A stretch of DNA of 64,000 bases from Raillietiella orientalis (taxonomy: Eukaryota), in contig JAYWIR010000052.1 in NCBI GenBank assembly GCA_036172245.1, positions 806,001 to 870,000 on the forward strand. Direction: 5' to 3'. A program made the translations under genes and the position numbers. A model generated the notes under the pieces. That model saw only the letters and a list, made by a program, of their open reading frames with translations, was not told the DNA's origin and searched no databases. The stretch's first letter is position 1. Each line of letters starts with the position of its first letter. Positions 13,739 through 24,899 of the stretch are shown here, piece by piece.

Positions 13739-14390
13739 CCCGCGCTGTAGGCCGGGCGGCTGCGGTCTCTCCGCACGCATGTGCCTCCAGGTGTCGCGGG
13801 TTCCAATCCCGCCGGGGAAACGACGGATCGACGCAAGAAATGAAGGGGTGCGCCATGGGTTTCGAGTGCCACCGCGGGATGGTGCTGATTCGACACTGAT
13901 GGAAGCCGGAAACCCCGGATGCACGCATCGCCTGGCCGGGAGTGAGAGTTGATCCTCCGGGTCATTCCAAGATATCGAGGGTTCCTCTGGGGTTCCTTCT
14001 CTGGTTTTTCAAAATGGCCGTGCCATGGAGCTCGTCGATGCTTCCCTCTTGGGTCGGCTCTCCAGAGTGCCAAGAAGCCCGCTGCTCCCTCCTCAGAAAA
14101 ACTGGGAAGCGTCCCTTTTGGGGTTCTTTTTTGGGGGAGGGGGGGGGGGACCGAGGAGCGGATCCTTGCCGGGTTCCCTCCCAAGCGTGAAAGGAAGGGA
14201 CTCATTCCTCCGGACACCTTCCTGGATTTATAGAGTGGTCCCCCATCACTTGAAGGGCTCGACACACATCCGGGAGGCGCGGACATCGTTGTAGAGCTTC
14301 GAGGGACTCCCGGAAGGAGGCGAGTGGTTCTTCAGCTCTCCCTGAGAACCAAAAAAGAAAAAAAAAAAACCAGGAGAACCCCAGAGGGAT
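13739..14390 (+). mobile_element. tRNA-headed SINE-like element, copy 2
   Basis: The head ccgcgctgtaggccgggcggctgcggtctctcc...gggttccaatcccgcc is followed by the shared core gggtttcgagtgc...tggccggga...gatcctccgggtc.ttcca.ga and an A-rich run at 14351-14369. Confidence 0.7.
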
Positions 14391-14399
14391 TTTCGTCAT

Positions 14400-14970
14400 C
14401 TCTTGGAGCATCCTCCTGAAGGATGCAGGGAACTGCGGAGGATTAACATCCGTCCTCCCACGCAACCGCAGAAGAGGAGACTCACGTCGCGCCCCGATCG
14501 CGCTGCTTGTGGAGGACCACGAGTACACGTCCACCGAAGAGTGGACGGCGTCGCGGAGGTGGAAATCGCGCCGAAAGCGCGGATGCAGGCGGAGGGTACG
14601 ACCCTCCTGAGCAACAGCAGCATCAGCAGCAGCGCCACCATTCGTCCGGGGGAATTGTTCCTCCCTCCTATGAGGGCACCGCACGATGTCGATCCCCTCC
14701 TTGGACCCCCAGCGTATGAACAGTGAGGACTTCCTGCGCCCGTCGCTCTCCACCGGTTCATCGAGAGGAAGAGGGAGCAACGAGGGAGGCTGACCTGTCC
14801 CTTCCCCCGAAGTCACCGAGTTCGTTGGCCAATGAGGAGCACCTTGACACCTCCAGAGTTCTAGCACAGGGAGCCCCCGAAGACGGGCGGAGTCCCCGGA
14901 GGGCAATTCGGGATCCTGTCCTTCCTTCCTCTCGGGCTCGACAGTCAAGGTGGCAATCTTGCCGGCGCAA
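14400..14970 (-). mobile_element. Degenerate LINE APE endonuclease remnant
   Basis: The minus ORF contains 'KIATLTV', 'IDIV', 'NGGAA...EGRTL', 'VDVYS' and 'GRTDVN' in APE motif order. Confidence 0.45.
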
Positions 14971-17804
14971 GTGGAGCCCGTCATGCCTCGGCAGGGAGAG
15001 CGCCCAAGAGATACCCCCCCTCCCCGCTGCGGGACTCCCGCTCGCACTGCTGGGATCCGAGAGGCGCTCTGGCACTTCGGCGCCGCCCCTTCCGAGGAGT
15101 CAACGCTCCCGACATCCACCCAAGGGCCACCCTCCTGAGACCTCCGTCGGGCCTCCTACGCGCGAGGGACCAACGGAACAGCCCAGTCCGAGAGCGGAGT
15201 CGCGAGGGGGGGGACCTTCGAACTGCTCTTGGGCAGATGGGCCGCCCCATTCCGTTCCCTGTTCCTGCGCGACGAGGGCCATCCCCTTCCCCATTTCTTT
15301 ATCCTCTCCCTCCTCCTCCTTGATCCCATCCCTTGCGCAGGCACTCCGGACTCGGCCTGAGACCGTGAAATTCGATTTCAAATGGACGGCCCGGCTATCC
15401 GCGATGGAGAGGTCACTCCAGGGAGTTTATTCCTTGAAAAAAAAAAATGAATACACGAAAAATAGGAAGCGAATTCCCAAGAAGGACGAGCTTGAGTCCG
15501 CAGGGAGCGGTCACCGACAAGCAGGTCGGACCAATGAGGAGTCAGAGCAGGAAAAATAGGGAGAGCGGAGAAATAATTGAAAACTTGGGGAGCGGGCCTG
15601 CTTCTTCCACTTCTTCTTTACGGCCTTGAGCAAGATGAAGGGGGGGGGGCCGTTGCGATCTTCGTGCAGAACGGGGTCACCTTGCTGAGTCTCTCAGGGA
15701 GTTGAGCGGCTCCCCGCCGCCACCGCGAGCAGTGGCTCCACAACCGCGCTGGGAGCTCACCCCGCAGCGTCGCAACCGCTGCTCCACACGCGGAGGCCCC
15801 CTTCCCCCCTTGCCCGAGGTCCAGCACCCGGCACCGACTGAAGAAGAGGCGCTGTCGGAACGCTCGCGACCTCGGTCCTGCAGTCCTTGCGGCTCCGCGG
15901 ACCGCGGTGGTCATCCCCCGTGCGGGAAGAACAGGAAGGGGGCCGACGGGCGGCGTTCGCAGCGCGTCGAACGCCCTCGCGTTTCCGCGGAAAGGAGGGA
16001 TCTCTCCGGCCTTTTTTCTCCCCCCCCCCCGCGTCTCGGGCGTTCTCCGAGTAACCTGCTTGCACGCAAAGCATCCATCGCGCCGCGCTCGTTCGTTCCT
16101 CTTAAGCGGGGCGACACGTACGTGCATTTATGGGCGTTTCGTTTCCTCGAGAGCAGACCCGCGTAATGTGCGAAGACGTTGCTCCGATGCAGCTGGCGTT
16201 CGTCTGGTTGTTTTTTTTTCTTTTCTTTCCTTCTTCTTCTTCTTCTTCTACTTCTTTCCCTTGCTAACGTGCGTGAGAGAAGTGAACGAATGGTGAAAAA
16301 TGAAATCCTGGAATTAAAGGAGAGCAAACAAACAAACCCCTCTTAAGAACGCGACTGCATTCCCTCCGCGCTTCCTCCTGGCAAGGCAAGTGAAATGTCT
16401 GTTGCGTTTTCCAAGCAGGGGGGATGATGATGCCGGAAGTTGCAAGACATCCGCTGGAGGAGTTGAAAGCTATCACGGAATTCATTACACCACGTCCAGA
16501 AATCATCCAGGCTTATGCAGGGAAGAGTAACAAGATTCTTCTCTTCTACTCGAAACGGGATAGACACAGACCTTTGGTGCCACAAGGGGCGTATTTTTTC
16601 CTTTTCCCTCTCTCTCTCCTCCTCCGAGGGGAAGGGAAATCGAATGAATGCGGTCGAAAGAAGGTGCGAAAGTGTAGAAGGATCGGTCGGGAAAAAGAAA
16701 GAAACGGACTCTACAGATAATTAGGATTTTCTGGGATCTTGGAAAGATGATGGAACCTGGAATCCCTCACGCCGGGATACGTGTTTCCTTTCTTGTTCGG
16801 GGGAAGAGGAGATGCTGCTCCGTACTAATCAGTCGCAAGATCCTTCCTGACAACAAAGCGAGATGCTGACCGAAAAGAAATGCTTCGTTTCGAAGTCGTT
16901 CTTGCGTCTTCTGCGTCGGACGCGAGGGACTCCAGCATCCGCGCTCTCGTCTGACGACCCGCGAGAGCGGAATGGCCATTCCGCCGAGTCTCACGAAGCC
17001 AGGAGAACTGGCGAAGAAATCATGCCATTCCAGAGGCACTCTCGTCGCTGGCTGCGAGAGTTTCGAAGAGGAGGAACAGCTGCTGGTATCCGACAGTTTC
17101 AAACGATGATGTTTCTCCTAATAAGAGTGCACAGAAGGAAATGGTGTTTTCTGACTCGGAGGAGCGTGCTCTTGCATTTGGGAGAGTTTGGAGGTTTTCT
17201 CATTGCCGCTTTGTGAGATAATTTGTGTTGAAGATGAAACGGTCGTTATGAGCCAGGCACAGGATGAGAACCTTCAGTTTGCAAAGCAGAGCTTCAAAGT
17301 CCTCAGAAATTCCTCGAGTTCACAGTCGAATTCGAAACTGTTATTAATGGATCGTTGGCTGCAGCTTTTCTTGTTTGCTTTACATTTTTGCTGCTTGCTC
17401 CACTGATGACTTTACCAGCTATTACCGTTTGCATGTATCGGGTTCTCTGAAGAAGGTCATCATAAATAGTTGTCGAAATCGCCGTGGTAGAATTGCATTT
17501 GCTCTTCGTTTGACCATGTTCGCAAATGTCGCTCCTCAGCTCTCGTCCTTCTTCCTACTGTCCAATTTTTCCAACTTCCCTCGAAATGGAAAAATCATCC
17601 ACCCTTGTTCAACTCGTTTCTTCAAAATCCTCAACGTCCCCCAAATTGCCGCAAACCCTCTTTCTCGCCTTACCCTCACTTATTGAGTTCCTAATTTCTC
17701 CTTTTAAGTCACTTCTGATGGTAACATTTCCCTACTCCTTATTCTATCCTTTAAATCACAGAATCATCCGTTATTACAAACGATCATTCCTAGTAATATT
17801 ATTG

Positions 17805-17944
17805 ATTGTTAGAAGCTACCAGATATTGTTAGAAACCACGACACATTGTTGGAAAATATCACACATTGTTAAAAACTGTCACTCATTGTTAGAACCTGTC
17901 ACTCATTGTTAGAAACTGTCATGCAGTGTCAGAAACTATTACAT
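17805..17944. repeat. 20-bp-period minisatellite, 7 units (ATTGTTAGAAACTGTCACTC-like)
   Basis: ATTGTT at 17805, 17825, 17845, 17865, 17885 and 17905, and AGTGTC at 17925. Confidence 0.95.
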
Positions 17945-18399
17945 TGGGGTACTTCTCGATTTCCTGAAGCAAATTAACAAGATGGACCGGTTTCACCTAC
18001 TGCTACTATCTTAGTCAGATGCCTCCTTTATCATACCATTCCCGTAGGGGTTGCCCTTCTATAAAGGGAAGCGGACGAAGGAGTGGATGAATTAATGTTT
18101 TTTCTTCTTCTCCTTTCCTTTGTATCTTTCTAGAGTTCAAAGTACTCCTGCAATAATCGCTCTTATCCCCTGAAAAAAATTCATGTCACATCTCATTTGA
18201 AAGCTTCTGTTTAGAATTAATTTTCAGGACTATTTTATGACAGCGGCAAGCGGACAGTGGTGTTGGTAGCATCTCAGTCGGGAACTTGCAGCCTCCCGTC
18301 TATAGCTTGGCGCCGATGAGTTTCGGGATTCCGAAGTCTCCGATGAAAGCAAGGGGCTACGAAGCACGATTTAAGACGCTGATTAGCTGAAACACGAAA

Positions 18400-21300
18400 A
18401 GGGTGACACGGGGGATGAGGTTGCTGCATTTCGAAATTTCAGTCGCCATCCCTGGAAGGAACCCATTCTTCTGCACGGCAGCCGCCCTTTGTTCGCGATC
18501 CAGCCCTCCACTAAATCACCTCTCCAGGTTGACGAATGTGGCCTCTTCCGCTCTGAAAAGTCCTGCTACGGTTTTCAGGCTCCCCTCCCCCCCGGTAGTG
18601 TCTTGCCTCTTCGTGTTCCGACCGTCCTTGCGTGTTCGGGAGCGGTGGCTGCACTTCGTTGTGCTGATGGGAGACCTTGGCTACCTGGAGATATTGACAC
18701 AGCAGAAGAGAGGCGGACGTCAAGGGAGAGTCGGCCCAGAGGTTGTTGAATCGACTACTAGCAGGACAGAGGATAGTTCGAGAGGGGGAGGGAAAGGAAG
18801 GGAGAAGGGGAAGGGGAAGCAGAGTTTTGGAGCACATAGGAGCCCCTTTCCGGGGTCGCAGGAGCTTGGAATTCTTTCTCCAGCAAGGGCCGCGCGCTTC
18901 CTCGAGTGCTTCCTCGAGCGCCTTCTGCCCTTCCGCTGAGCGCTACCCGCCCTCCCGTTCCCTTTCAAAACGCGTCCTGCGGCCCAAGTGAAGGACAGGC
19001 CCGTTCTGCGAGGACGATACCAGCTCCCAAAAAAGTCCAGATAGGTTGCGGACCAGGATGTTTGCAAAAGCTCCTTTTCCCTCATCTGCTTATTCTCTCC
19101 TACCGGAATTGCCGGGGGAAAATTCGATCACCGCGTGACCTGGAGCAGACGGGAGGGAACGAACCCGGGAGTGGTGCATTTCTAGCGGACCTCACTCGCT
19201 GGGAGAATCTGAGTATCCTCACGGCTCCGAGTCCCCTATTTCCAGATTTGAAACCTTGGTCTTGGAGACACGGAGCGGCGAGCTGGATCGAGAAGACATT
19301 CTGGAATGGTTTCTTCGGCGTCCCTTCGGCTCTGCCTCCTTTGCATCCCTCCAACTCTGTCTCTTCCGCATCACTGATGGATGCACGTCTGGAATTCGGC
19401 TCCCGGATGTGTGGATGCGAGCCACGACAACAGATCGCTTTGGCCAAGGATGGCGGGGGCGCTTTCCGTCTTTGGAGAGGAAGAACTGGATTTTTATTCT
19501 CAGTGAGAAGAATTGAGGTCTCCATTCTTCTGGAAGGGAACTGCTTCTCTCCCCCTTTCTCCCCTGTCTATCGTGTGTTGATCAGGGCACGAGAGGACAC
19601 CGCGAATAACCCAACAGGAATCTGCCGCCTCGTTGACCATTTGGAAGCATCCCAGCTCCTGATCTCGGACGAAAGTCCACGACTTGCACTGCCGGGACAG
19701 AAATTCAGGAAGCCTCCGTGTTGCTCGCCCGCACACGAAGGCCGCCACTTCTCGTCTCTTCGAGTGGGCGGCTGTGGGTGTCCCCACCCTTCACGGTTTC
19801 CTTTCGACCTCCCTGCTTCTTGAAGAGGAACGAACTCCTCCCTCAGTAGGTTTCCCGGATCTATAGGGGTAACTCCCTGTCCCTCCCCTAATCGGAAGAG
19901 TCACACACTCACCCTCGGGGGTGGAGTGGACGATGCTTAAAAAAGGAGTGGGGGCGAGCTTCTCCTGAGGTGAAGCCCTCGGTCTCCATTCCCATCCCGC
20001 GCTCCAGTTTGCTCTCCCGCCGCGAAATCCCCGTCCCACTGGCCTCTTACGGGCTTTCTCAGAGCGCAGCAGCTCCGGGTGCATTCTGCACATCTGCTTC
20101 TTCCTGGAAATGAAATTCCTCAGCCGCGCTCCCGCCAACTTCTGAATTCCATAAATGTTTTCGTCTCTAAGGCATCATAGAAATTAAAGTGGTGTGCGTT
20201 CGCTGTCCGTAGCGATGGTTTCCCGACGACTGCTGGCGGCAACGTCTTCCAGGTTGTCGTTGCTATTCTTTTTCTTCTTCCTTCTCGTTTCCCCCCCTCC
20301 CTTCTCCTCCCACTGGTTCGCCGGTCTCCCTACGCGAGAGTTCCGAAGGCTCACGCAATGGTCCTGTCAAGACCTTGCATCCTCTCCAGATGCGCGCAGG
20401 CCTTTGAACGCTCCCCGTGCCCTGCCCGCGCTACCGGATAACAAAACGCTCTCTTCTAGTTGGCCTTGATTCGCCGTTTTCGAGACTCCTCGTCCCTCAG
20501 GTTGGCATCGCAGTGTCCTTGTCGGCTGGCCCGTGGTTCGAGCAGTGAGCGTGTCCTGCACCTGGAGTTCTCATTCTTCTGGGATGCTCCCTCAAGGAAG
20601 GCTAAGGAAATTCCTCCCGTTTAAGAACACTTGACGGGATGCACGATGATCTCCTCGAGCGAGTGCGGCGGAGACGCTTGCTAGATCGCCTTCGTTTCCT
20701 CTGATGACCCTAGCAACGGCGTCGTCCCTCAGGAGCTGGAAAAATGCTTTGAGGGTCTGCGCGGACGGCCTCTGCTTGAGGATCTGAAGAAAGGGACCAC
20801 GTTCAACAAAAGGGACAGAGGGATTCCTCGTGTCTTGCTATCTTCGTAAACTCTCTATGTTCTTGTCCCGTTCTGAATGGAGCTATGGTACCCAACATCA
20901 TGGAGATGCTCCGTCGGTCCTCATACTTATCGGTTCCTGGACGCCGATGTCATGGGAAATCTCTCTTCATGGGGAGCACACTCCAGGCACTGCCAGGGGC
21001 AACCAGCAAAATTTTCCCCAGATCCGACAAGAGACGAAGAGATTCCGCTGTCCGCAATCTTCTAACAGCAAAAAAAAAAAAAAAAACTCAGCAAATGTTC
21101 GATCACACTTTTAAGTGTGTTTGAGCAACACTTGCGCAACACCGCACCTTACACGGAAGCTCACACTGGATGTCGCATCCTGGCGCTCCGTTCTGAAGGC
21201 TGTTCGCTCTGGATCGTCATTCCAGGAAGGGAGCGGAAGAGCGTTGGTCTGGCTTTGCACCCACTGGAACATGGGCATTTTAGGCTGGTTGTGCCCAGGT

Positions 21301-22270
21301 GTCCACCCAGGCATCTCCTTCCTACCACGAACGCTGGTGAGGAAGGAGGCTACGGTTGCCCTTACCAGGGGGCTGTACGCCGGGACCACTTTACTCCCCT
21401 GGAAGGACTCCACTTAAGGTTCCTGTTGGTCAGGTCTTGTGCAGGAGTCTTTTGTCTGACCAGCGTCTAGTTGGGAGTCAGCGTCCGCCACGCGAGCGTG
21501 GAGTGCTGGGTTTCACGTTCCCGAAGGTCTTTGTCCCATTCCATCCCTGTGAGGCGTCGGGTTCAAGCGCCGCACCAGGGACTTCCGTGGTAGGGAAGCA
21601 GGAGCTCGTCTAGAGCATCCGGTGGTGAGTCCGTCCTTCCAATCATCGGGTCGGTTGCTCCGAAGCCCACCAGCGTCGTCAGGAAACTGAGCCGCCTCCG
21701 CCGAGTTCCATCTTCAAATGCCATCTCTCCAGTTGGCTTCCAGGATCTTCTGCCAGCTGTCTCCTTTCCAGAGTTCACTACCTCTCCTGTTCGTCATGCA
21801 TGGGAACGCCAGCACCGTATTTCCACTCGTGGAGAACTCTTTTCACTGTACTATCTTCAGATGTGGTCTTCTGGATGGATCACCAGATCCTTCGTTCCGA
21901 ACCTCCTTGCCTCTGGGCGCAACTGTTTTCAGCCGTTGGATGCCTGCCAGCTGCCTCTTTCCCAGATCGACCGAACCCCACTTGTCCACGGCTTCCAGGG
22001 TAAGCATCATGCATCATGCATCACTTGTATGCATCTTAAGGTCACTCGTCCCATTTCTCCGTGGTTTCCAGGAGCTACCGAGCATCCGTGGCCTGATTGC
22101 CCGGTCAGTCAATTTCATTCTGGAACCACCTTCATCCCTCGGGCGGCACACACGAGTTTCAGTTTCACTCAAGGCCTGCAGTCGCTCCACAGCAATTTGC
22201 GTTGGACCCTCCTCATATCTTGTTTTTGTATCGGTTTTAGAGAATAGAAGGACACCCCGAGGAGATCCTG
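18400..22270 (+). mobile_element. Degenerate L1/Tx1-like ORF2 (APE-RT-zf-RVT)
   Basis: 'RLTNVASS', 'VVLMGDL', 'WSWRHGAASWIEKTF', 'GLPTREFRRLTQWSCQDLASSP', 'SDD' (~20700), 'LHPLEHGHFRL' and 'RIFCQLSPFQSSL...VENSFHC' appear in the expected order and spacing. Confidence 0.6.
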
Positions 22271-22499
22271 GGGAAGCAGCACGCTGTTCCATAATAGTTG
22301 GCCTTCTCGAGACCACCATAAGGCACTTTGGGAGACCCCAAGACCCTATCAGGACTCCCAAAATCACTTAGATACCCTTCGTTGATAGGGAGATAGTGAG
22401 TCTTTGCATTTTTCCTCGAACATTCCAGAACGCTTCAGAGAGGCTCTCGAAAAACTGTGATGGAGTCGTGCAACATCAAACACAACAGGGGCGGCATAT

Positions 22500-23920
22500 T
22501 CTGGATTCTCTGCTCCAAGCGAGGGTGAGCAAACACTACGCACTCGAGCCGCCTCCTGAGGACGGCAATGCTGTTTAAATACACAAATATCCGAATATAG
22601 GAACTGTTGAAGCGAACACGCTTGGCACGGTGGCGAAAACCGCAGCTCTTCGAAGGAAAGGCCATGGGTGCCACTCCCTCCGGTGCCAGAAGACCGACGA
22701 GTTCTCCCGCGAGGGAAAACGGCGCGCTCTCCTCTTTTGCACACTCCGTTGCCAGGCCAGGTCGAGGGCGCTGTGGGAAAGCACCGCCGCTCAAGAAAGC
22801 TCCCCGTCGCCAGCCAGAATCGCCACGGCGTGAGGGCGCCCGCAGCGACCTTGGACCAGCCCAGCAAGTCGATGGTGTGCCGTCCAACATCCTGCAAAAG
22901 CGGGATGCGGGATCCACCGGACCTGAGCAGCCGAGCCGCCAGAGGGTGGGGCAGCGCTGTTTTGTACCTGCTCCACCCGCACGCACACGCACTTCCGGGG
23001 ACGATGAACATTGGCTCCACGGCTCTCCATCACACCTATAAGCCTTGTTCACACATATGTGTGTGTGTGTGTGAATTCCTCCTCTACCGAGCGCGCGTTT
23101 TCCTCCTGGCCACCGAGCTGCGTGTCAGAACCCGCTCCCAAAGCACACGCATCTTCGAGAGAACTGCGGCGAGGTCACACTGTGCGCCTTCCCGCGTGTG
23201 GCCGCACGACCGGCCCGCCACGGCGTCGGACGAGCAGCTCTCTTGAGTTTCGAGGGAGCCGCCATGCCCCCCTTCCGATGCCGGATCCCAATTCCGTGAC
23301 AAGCCTTGCAAGCGTCCCCCGGCACGCGTCTTCTTCCACCCGGAGCCCCACAGCGAGCGGAGGCGACTGGCACGCCCAGGCCACCGGAGGTGATGGGCGC
23401 ACTGCTGTTGGTCTCTTCTCATTCCATGGGAAATGGGAAGCTGGAGGCCTCGAACCAACCAATTCCCAGAGGCGGCTTAGAAACTTCAATCCAAGAGAGA
23501 AGCCGAACCACTGTGGTCGATGTCGCCGGTCCACGTGAAAACGCAGCCACCGCGCTGGAGGGAGGGAGGCGGAGAAAAGAGACGAACCGGTTCTCCTGCT
23601 CGCTGTCAAGAAAGTGTCGGCTTTGGCAAGAGCACTAGTGGTGGCACGCCCGGAGACCCGGAACCCGAAGGAGGACGGAGGGCTCCCTAGGCAGCCTCGC
23701 ACACAGAGAGAGGTGCCGAAGAGGCTACAATGTCCAACATTAGACATTTACCAGGGACGCACGCCTTGGGCCAGCGGCCAAGATGAACAGCCTAACTTCC
23801 ACTGGGCAGTTGTATGAAGCATCTGGAAATGGAAACACCAAACGAGGCAAGCGGCCCTCTGACCTGCACAGCCCCGAACGTCACGCCAGCGGTCTTGGTC
23901 CAACGCAGAACGTAGCCACG
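22500..23920 (-). mobile_element. Degenerate L1/Tx1-like RT, 3' part (continues 24370-24695 across a SINE)
   Basis: 'SALDQDRWRDV' (~LDQEKAFDRV), 'LAQGVRP' (~RGVRQG), 'AKADTFL' (~YADD), 'KFLS' and 'LRSGGSRIP' (~GGLG). Confidence 0.65.
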
Positions 23921-23923
23921 CGG

Positions 23924-24370
23924 TCCGCGTGGAAGGCCGTGCAGCTGCGGTCTTCGCGCGTAGTGGCGCCAGGCGTCTCGTGTTCAGATCCCTCCCGAAG
24001 AAGGATCGACGCCGCAAACAGGGGAGGGGGGTGTAGTGGGTTTCGAGTGCCTTTCACCACGAAGGATGGCTCTGGTTGGCCAGCTCGGGTGTGGCACCAT
24101 GAGAAGGGGAATGCTCCCCTTGACTGACCGGGATCGGAAGTCGACCCTCCGGGTCCTTCCAGGACATTAAGGAGTCGTTCAGGGTGCCCCTCCGGATGGG
24201 AAAAAATGGACCTTCCATCGAGTGCCTTCGGGGTTCTCTTCAGAGGAGGAGGAGGAAGAGGAAAAAAGAGGCCCTTCCATTGCGGGTTCCCTCTGGAGAA
24301 GAAATTCCAGAACGGACCCTTTCCGGGGAGTCCTTCCGGAGAGAACGAGGAAGAGGTCTTCTTCGGGGTT
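23924..24370 (+). mobile_element. tRNA-headed SINE-like element, copy 3, inserted antisense in a LINE RT
   Basis: aggccgtgcagctgcggtct...ccaggcgtctcgtgttcagatccc aligns with the 13750-13812 head; the core and body are shared. Confidence 0.7.
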
Positions 24371-24695
24371 ACCCACCAAGCTCAAGAGGAGCACGGAATG
24401 CTTCCCCTGGAGCCTTCCTGGAGTGACAGGGCGGTATCCTTCTGAGGTTTCCCCCCTCCCTATAACTTGAAGAGTCACGCGCACGCACCACTGGGAGGTG
24501 TGGACAGCGTCGAAGAGCTTGGCGAGCTCTCGTGAGGTGGCGAACGAAAAAAGAAAAGCTGGGAGGAAAGCAGTGTTGGTCCAAGACTCCGTAGGCCGGA
24601 CGAAAGGGTGTGGGCTGGAACAGCGGTGGTCAACCTGAGGCAGCGCTTGTCCCATCGAGAATGTACTTTGGATGGTTGCATTCCCTATTCTTTGA
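24370..24695 (-). mobile_element. L1/Tx1-like RT N-terminal fragment (copies at 33665-33992 and 43129-43455)
   Basis: 'SSPHPFVRPTESW...LAKLFDAV...VTLQVIGRG...GYRPVT' resembles KSPGPDG..EF / L..LFN / ITLIxKxG / WRPIT. Confidence 0.65.
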
Positions 24696-24899
24696 ATCCC
24701 GGCCTCTCCAGGACGTTTTGTGAGCAATATGCGTGAAATTGGGGAGGAGAAGGACCTTTGAGGGATCCATGGACGGTCAGAAGCCGTTCTGATGCAGCGT
24801 CTCTCGGGATGCCCTCGATGCGCGGAAAAGAGGCAGTGAATAAATAGATGAAAGGTATGTACGTGTTACCTCACGGGGAGGGCAATGGTGAACCTCAGG

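Noticed and set aside
16424..17560. Possible host-gene exons in the lower-GC stretch
   Set aside because: The frames are short and stop-interrupted, with no recognisable domain or convincing splice structure.
17805..17944. CRISPR-like repeat/spacer pattern
   Set aside because: The unit is only 20 bp, the variable parts are related to each other, there are no cas genes, and the context is eukaryotic.
23985..24017. 'SFFGRDLNT' as an RT motif on the minus strand
   Set aside because: This DNA aligns with the SINE head on the plus strand, so the resemblance is coincidental.
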